Assembly (NCBI GenBank): GCA_036012755.1
Contig: DASCPX010000179.1
Location: 78,566 to 142,565 of the forward strand
Length of the DNA stretch: 64,000 nucleotides
Reading direction: 5' to 3'
From: Myxococcota bacterium
GTDB lineage: Bacteria > Myxococcota_A > UBA796 > CAJQPC01
Position numbers and translations under genes: made by a program. Within the stretch, counting starts at the first letter, position 1. Each line of letters starts with the position of its first letter. Below, piece by piece: positions 60,566 through 64,000 of the stretch. Below the pieces are notes generated by a model, which saw only the letters and a program-made list of their open reading frames with translations, did not search any database and was not told the origin of the DNA.

Positions 60566-62074
60566 TCAGCGACTCGACTGCGAGATCAGCTGCAGAGCTC
60601 GCTCCTCGAGCCCGGGGTCCCCGCCGAAGTGCTCCAGGGCCGTGCGGTCGTCGCGACGGAGACCCTCGGCCGTGAGCACGACCTTCGAGTAGCCGTAGGG
60701 GTCGCGGCCCTCGTCGTAGGTGGCGTAGCGCAGAGCCCTGTCCCAGTCGCCGGAGAGGGCCGCAGACAAGCCCATGGGCGCAAGGAGCTCGGAGCTCTGG
60801 GGACAGCCCCTCGCCAGCGCCTCCTCGCCGAAGCTCAGGGCCGTCTCCGGATCCCCGCGATCGAGCCAGAAGCGCGAGGCGTTGTAGCAGCAGTGGGGCC
60901 GCGGGATGGCCTCTGGCAGGACTTCGGCCGCGCCAGCGTCGTCGCCGGAGAGCTCGAGGGTCTTGAAGAGACCACAGGCCGTCGCCGCCTGGGGCTCCCT
61001 CGCGTGAGCGCTGGTCCAGAAAGCCACGCTGTCCGTCCACATCGGCTTCACCACCAAGGTGACGAGACCGACCACCGCCAGCACCAACCAGCCGACCCAG
61101 GGCCGCCGGGTCTCCCAGTGGCCGATGCCACAACAGATGCCCAACAGCGGAAGAGCCAGGTACCGCCATGCCAGGCCGTCGCTCAACGAAGCGCCGACTA
61201 CGGCCAGCGCCAGCCCGCCGATCGTCAGGGCCAGCGTCCAGGCGCGCGCCCGCGCCAGGAAGACGAGGAGCCCGAGGAACACCAGGCCGATGAGGTCCAG
61301 ATCGACGAGCTCGCTAGGCGCCGTCGCCGGAGAGCTCGCCAGCGGGTTCAGCAGCGCCATGCCGTACTCGGCGGCGATGGTCAGCATCAACATCGGCTCC
61401 AGACCCAGACCCGGACTGTCCAAGGACACCAGCGCCCGCAGAAGCAGCGCCGCCAGCGCGCCCACACCCACCTCGAGGTAGCGCCGGGGGCGAAGCCCAC
61501 CGAAGCGACTCCAGTCGTACAGCGGCAAGACCACCAGCGCGAGCACCGCGCTCTCCTTGGCCAGCAGCCCAGCGAAGAGCACGGCCGCACCCAGCAAGCG
61601 CCGCCGAGCGCCGACCTCGCGCGGCTCGAAGACCAACAGCAGCCCGAGGATCGCGGCGATGGCCATGGTGTCGTTGCGCGCGGCGACGAAGTGGACGAGC
61701 TCGGTGGCGACCGGATGCAGGGCGTACAGCGCAGTCGCGGCGAGGGCCGCGGGGCGTCCTCGGAGCAGGCGATGAAGCAGCCCCACGCAGAGCAGGTGCC
61801 AGGCGAGGGAGTGCAGCCTGGACAACAGCGGACTGCCCCCGAGCACGTTGTGATCGAAGACCAGCGTCGCGACCATCAGCGGCCGGTAGAAGAGGCTGGT
61901 GTGCTCCCCGGGCACCCCGGCCCACAGGTCCTCGCCCCACATCGTGAGGATCCTGCTCCAGCCGAGGTTCTCGTTCTCCGCGATGAGGAGGGCGTCGTCC
62001 CAGACCCACCCCACCTCGCCCCAGGGCGCGAGCAGGACAGCGACAGCGACCAGCAGGATCGCCCGCTCCCTCAC
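60566..62074 (-). CDS. TMTC/PMT-like GT-C membrane protein with a TPR-like C-terminus (putative protein O-mannosyltransferase-like)
   Basis: The N-terminal WVWDDALLIAENENL...EDLWAG...TSLFYRPLMVATL matches the TMTC-type pattern (DD..I..N, SYRPL). Confidence 0.65.
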   Translation of the reverse strand: MRERAILLVAVAVLLAPWGEVGWVWDDALLIAENENLGWSRILTMWGEDLWAGVPGEHTSLFYRPLMVATLVFDHNVLGGSPLLSRLHSLAWHLLCVGLLHRLLRGRPAALAATALYALHPVATELVHFVAARNDTMAIAAILGLLLVFEPREVGARRRLLGAAVLFAGLLAKESAVLALVVLPLYDWSRFGGLRPRRYLEVGVGALAALLLRALVSLDSPGLGLEPMLMLTIAAEYGMALLNPLASSPATAPSELVDLDLIGLVFLGLLVFLARARAWTLALTIGGLALAVVGASLSDGLAWRYLALPLLGICCGIGHWETRRPWVGWLVLAVVGLVTLVVKPMWTDSVAFWTSAHAREPQAATACGLFKTLELSGDDAGAAEVLPEAIPRPHCCYNASRFWLDRGDPETALSFGEEALARGCPQSSELLAPMGLSAALSGDWDRALRYATYDEGRDPYGYSKVVLTAEGLRRDDRTALEHFGGDPGLEERALQLISQSSR

Positions 62075-62655
62075 GCGAACTCCGCCGGGGACTCGAAGCG
62101 GAGCGCCTCACCCGTGACGGGGTGCTGGAGTCCCAGCCTCCATGCGTGGAGGGCAAGCCGCGGCGACAGCCGACCTGCGGCCCCGCCGTGTCGCCGATCC
62201 CCCAGCACCGGGTGCCCGGCACCGAGGGCGTGAAGCCGGATCTGGTGGGTGCGACCGGTCACCAGTCGTGCCTCGATCAGCGAGGTGGTACCTCGCCGAA
62301 GTGCCCTCCAGTGAGTCTCCGCCTCGCGGTGGTCGATGGGCGCCGTCCACACACCTTCGTCTCCGGGATCGCCGAGCACGAGCACCTGATAGCGTCGGTC
62401 CAGCCGGCGAGCCTGGATCTGGTGGGCGAGACCTCGATTCGCCTTCTTCGACAAGGACAAGACCATCAACCCGCTCGCGCTGACGTCGAGGCGATGGTGG
62501 AGCCCCACGTACCGATGGCGCTCTCCGAGGAGCTCGTAGACACCAGGCCGACCGTCCACTCCCGCCTGGCTGGGAAGCCCCGCAGGCTTGTCGACGACGA
62601 CCAGATACTGATCCTCGAATCTTATAATTCTAGCAAGGCTGTCGCCGAATGTCAC
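62071..62655 (-). CDS. RluA-family pseudouridine synthase
   Basis: VVVDKPAGLPS, HRLDVSASG and TGRTHQIRLH. GTG at 62655 is the first usable start. This is the 3' part of the 528-aa shadow ORF. Confidence 0.75.
   Translation of the reverse strand: MTFGDSLARIIRFEDQYLVVVDKPAGLPSQAGVDGRPGVYELLGERHRYVGLHHRLDVSASGLMVLSLSKKANRGLAHQIQARRLDRRYQVLVLGDPGDEGVWTAPIDHREAETHWRALRRGTTSLIEARLVTGRTHQIRLHALGAGHPVLGDRRHGGAAGRLSPRLALHAWRLGLQHPVTGEALRFESPAEFA
62623..62628 (+). promoter_or_regulatory. TATAAT hexamer, candidate -10 box for pilT
   Basis: A consensus -10 sequence in an unusually AT-rich patch (cttataattctag), 52 nt upstream of the pilT ATG. I saw no convincing -35 box. Confidence 0.25.
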
Positions 62656-62679
62656 CAGGAGAGGGTACGATCCCCTGTC

Positions 62680-63783
62680 ATGTCCGTCCGGATGCACGAG
62701 CTGCTGACCTTCGCCGTCAAGATCGGCGCATCGGACCTTCACATCGGCGCCCTCGAGATCCCGGCGATGCGCGTCGATGGCGAGATCAAGCGCCTCGACC
62801 TCCCGCCGCTGGGCACGGACGACGCCAAGCGCCTCGCCTACTCGGTGATGAGCGAGAAGCAAAAGACCCAGTTCGAGAACGAGCTGGAGGTCGACTTCTC
62901 GATCGGCCTGAAGGGGCTCGCGCGGTTCCGGATCAACGTCTTCACCCAGACCCGGGGTGTCGGCATGGTGCTCCGGCAGATCCCCTCGAAGGTCCTGACC
63001 CTCGAGGAGATCAAGGCGCCGAAGGTCTTCGAGCGCATCTCCGACTTCAAGAAGGGCCTGGTCCTGGTCACCGGGCCGACCGGCGCCGGAAAGTCGACCA
63101 CGCTGGCCTCGATGATCGACCACATCAACAAGACCCGCAGCGAGCACATCCTGACCGTCGAGGACCCGGTCGAGTTCGTCCACATGCCGAACCGCTGCCT
63201 GATCAACCAGCGCGAGGTCGGCTCCCACACGAAGTCCTTCTCCGCCGCGCTGCGCTCCGCCCTCCGCGAGGATCCGGACGTCATCCTCGTCGGCGAGCTC
63301 CGCGACCTGGAGACGATCTCGTTGGCGCTGACAGCCGCCGAGACCGGTCACCTGGTCTTCGGGACACTGCACACGAACTCCGCCGCTGAGACCGTCGACC
63401 GCATCATCGACGTCTTCCCGCACGAGCAGCAGCAGCAGGTGCGAGCGATGACCTCGACCTCTCTGATGGCGGTGATCTCCCAGGCGCTCCTGAAGCGGCA
63501 GGACGGCAAGGGACGCGTCGCCGCGCACGAGATCATGCTGGTCAACCCGGCGATCCGGAACCTGATCCGAGAGAACAAGCTCTACCAGATCCCGTCGATC
63601 ATACAGACGGCACGGGGCGAGGGCATGCAGACGATGGAGGACAGCCTCCGCGCCCACGCCTTCGCCGGGCTCATCAGCCGGCAGGCTGCGATCCTGCAGT
63701 GCAACAACCCGAAGATGTTCGAAGACAGCCGGACCGAGGCCTTCGAGCGCAAGAAGCGTCCGGCAGGAGCGCGACGGCGTTGA
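62680..63783 (+). CDS. pilT: Type IV pilus retraction ATPase PilT
   Basis: GPTGAGKSTT is Walker A. Further motifs: DVILVGELRD, GHLVFGTLHT and AHEIMLVNPAIRNLIRE. Confidence 0.9.
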   Translation: MSVRMHELLTFAVKIGASDLHIGALEIPAMRVDGEIKRLDLPPLGTDDAKRLAYSVMSEKQKTQFENELEVDFSIGLKGLARFRINVFTQTRGVGMVLRQIPSKVLTLEEIKAPKVFERISDFKKGLVLVTGPTGAGKSTTLASMIDHINKTRSEHILTVEDPVEFVHMPNRCLINQREVGSHTKSFSAALRSALREDPDVILVGELRDLETISLALTAAETGHLVFGTLHTNSAAETVDRIIDVFPHEQQQQVRAMTSTSLMAVISQALLKRQDGKGRVAAHEIMLVNPAIRNLIRENKLYQIPSIIQTARGEGMQTMEDSLRAHAFAGLISRQAAILQCNNPKMFEDSRTEAFERKKRPAGARRR

Positions 63784-63980
63784 CGATCACAGTGAACGGG
63801 CAGACCCGCGAGGTCCCCGATGACACCCGCCTGGACACCCTCCTCGAGGATCTCCACGTTCGCGTCGAGGCCGTCGCGGTGGCGGTCAACCTGATCGTAG
63901 TGCCCAGGCGATCCCTCCGAGACGTAGAGCTGAAGCCGGACGACCGCGTAGAAGTCGTCCGAGCGGTCGGCGGGGGGTAA
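63780..63980 (+). CDS. thiS: Sulfur-carrier protein ThiS
   Basis: 66 aa: LTITVNGQTREV...VEVVRAVGGG, with a C-terminal GG. TTG at 63780 overlaps the pilT stop (TTGA). Confidence 0.75.
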   Translation: MTITVNGQTREVPDDTRLDTLLEDLHVRVEAVAVAVNLIVVPRRSLRDVELKPDDRVEVVRAVGGG

Positions 63981-64000
63981 TCCTCCGAGCAGGTTCTTCC

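Noticed and set aside
62071-63657. 528-aa minus-strand ORF antisense to pilT
   Set aside because: Only the 3' 194 codons (RluA-family synthase, 62071..62655) carry motifs. The upstream part mirrors the well-supported pilT gene.
1-64000. Search for rRNA, tRNA, IS elements, integrases, phage genes or cas genes
   Set aside because: None were recognised by eye in any frame or intergenic gap. All gaps longer than 100 bp are accounted for by the features above, or by the repeat region at 22250..22790. tRNAscan-SE/Infernal would be needed for certainty.

Overview
High-GC bacterial chromosomal segment with about 75 tightly packed genes on both strands. Many start and stop codons overlap by 1-8 nt. 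I recognised no rRNA, tRNA, transposase/integrase or CRISPR array. Most very long ORFs in the six-frame track (for example 3547..6114-, 18769..21591-, 34357..37116+) are Arg/Pro/Gly-rich shadow frames of real genes on the other strand.

Gene content is dominated by cell-envelope functions: about 18 lipoprotein-like genes, FG-GAP/VCBS propeller proteins, Cys-rich 'putative metal-binding motif' repeat proteins, a MYXO-CTERM-like tail, and six large polytopic membrane proteins. PilT and PilZ are also present. By inference this suggests a Myxococcota-like organism.

Housekeeping genes include thiolase (partial), rpiB, trpF, pheT, thiS, cyclophilin, DJ-1, BolA, arsC and RluA-family and RlmI-like enzymes.

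Observations most worth a second look:
1. A missed SelW/Rdx-family selenoprotein gene with an in-frame UGA at the CxxU position and a SECIS-like hairpin (6276..6506, minus strand).
2. An eight-gene, translationally coupled dialkylresorcinol (DarA/DarB)-type lipid/polyketide cluster that also carries ACP, KS, a CLF-like gene, an SGNH hydrolase and a BtrH-like acyltransferase (28837..35410).
3. Two paralogous B12-binding radical-SAM genes, one coupled to a SPASM radical-SAM gene and an RDD membrane protein (25405..26931; 40302..43384).
4. A composite spacer-less tandem-repeat array, 3 x 51 bp plus about 4.4 x 16 bp, built around CCGGAAC/GTTCCGG (22513..22730).
5. A predicted-inactive CHAT / Clp_N / FHA fusion protein coupled to a SpoIIM-like membrane protein (19816..22250).
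6. A CsoR copper operon with two perfect ATACCC-N5-GGGTAT operators.
7. An unusual number of disrupted genes: an in-frame TAG, a G8-tract frameshift and several 1-nt frameshifts. These may be real pseudogenes or assembly indels.

All functional calls rest on motifs read by eye. No database search was possible.
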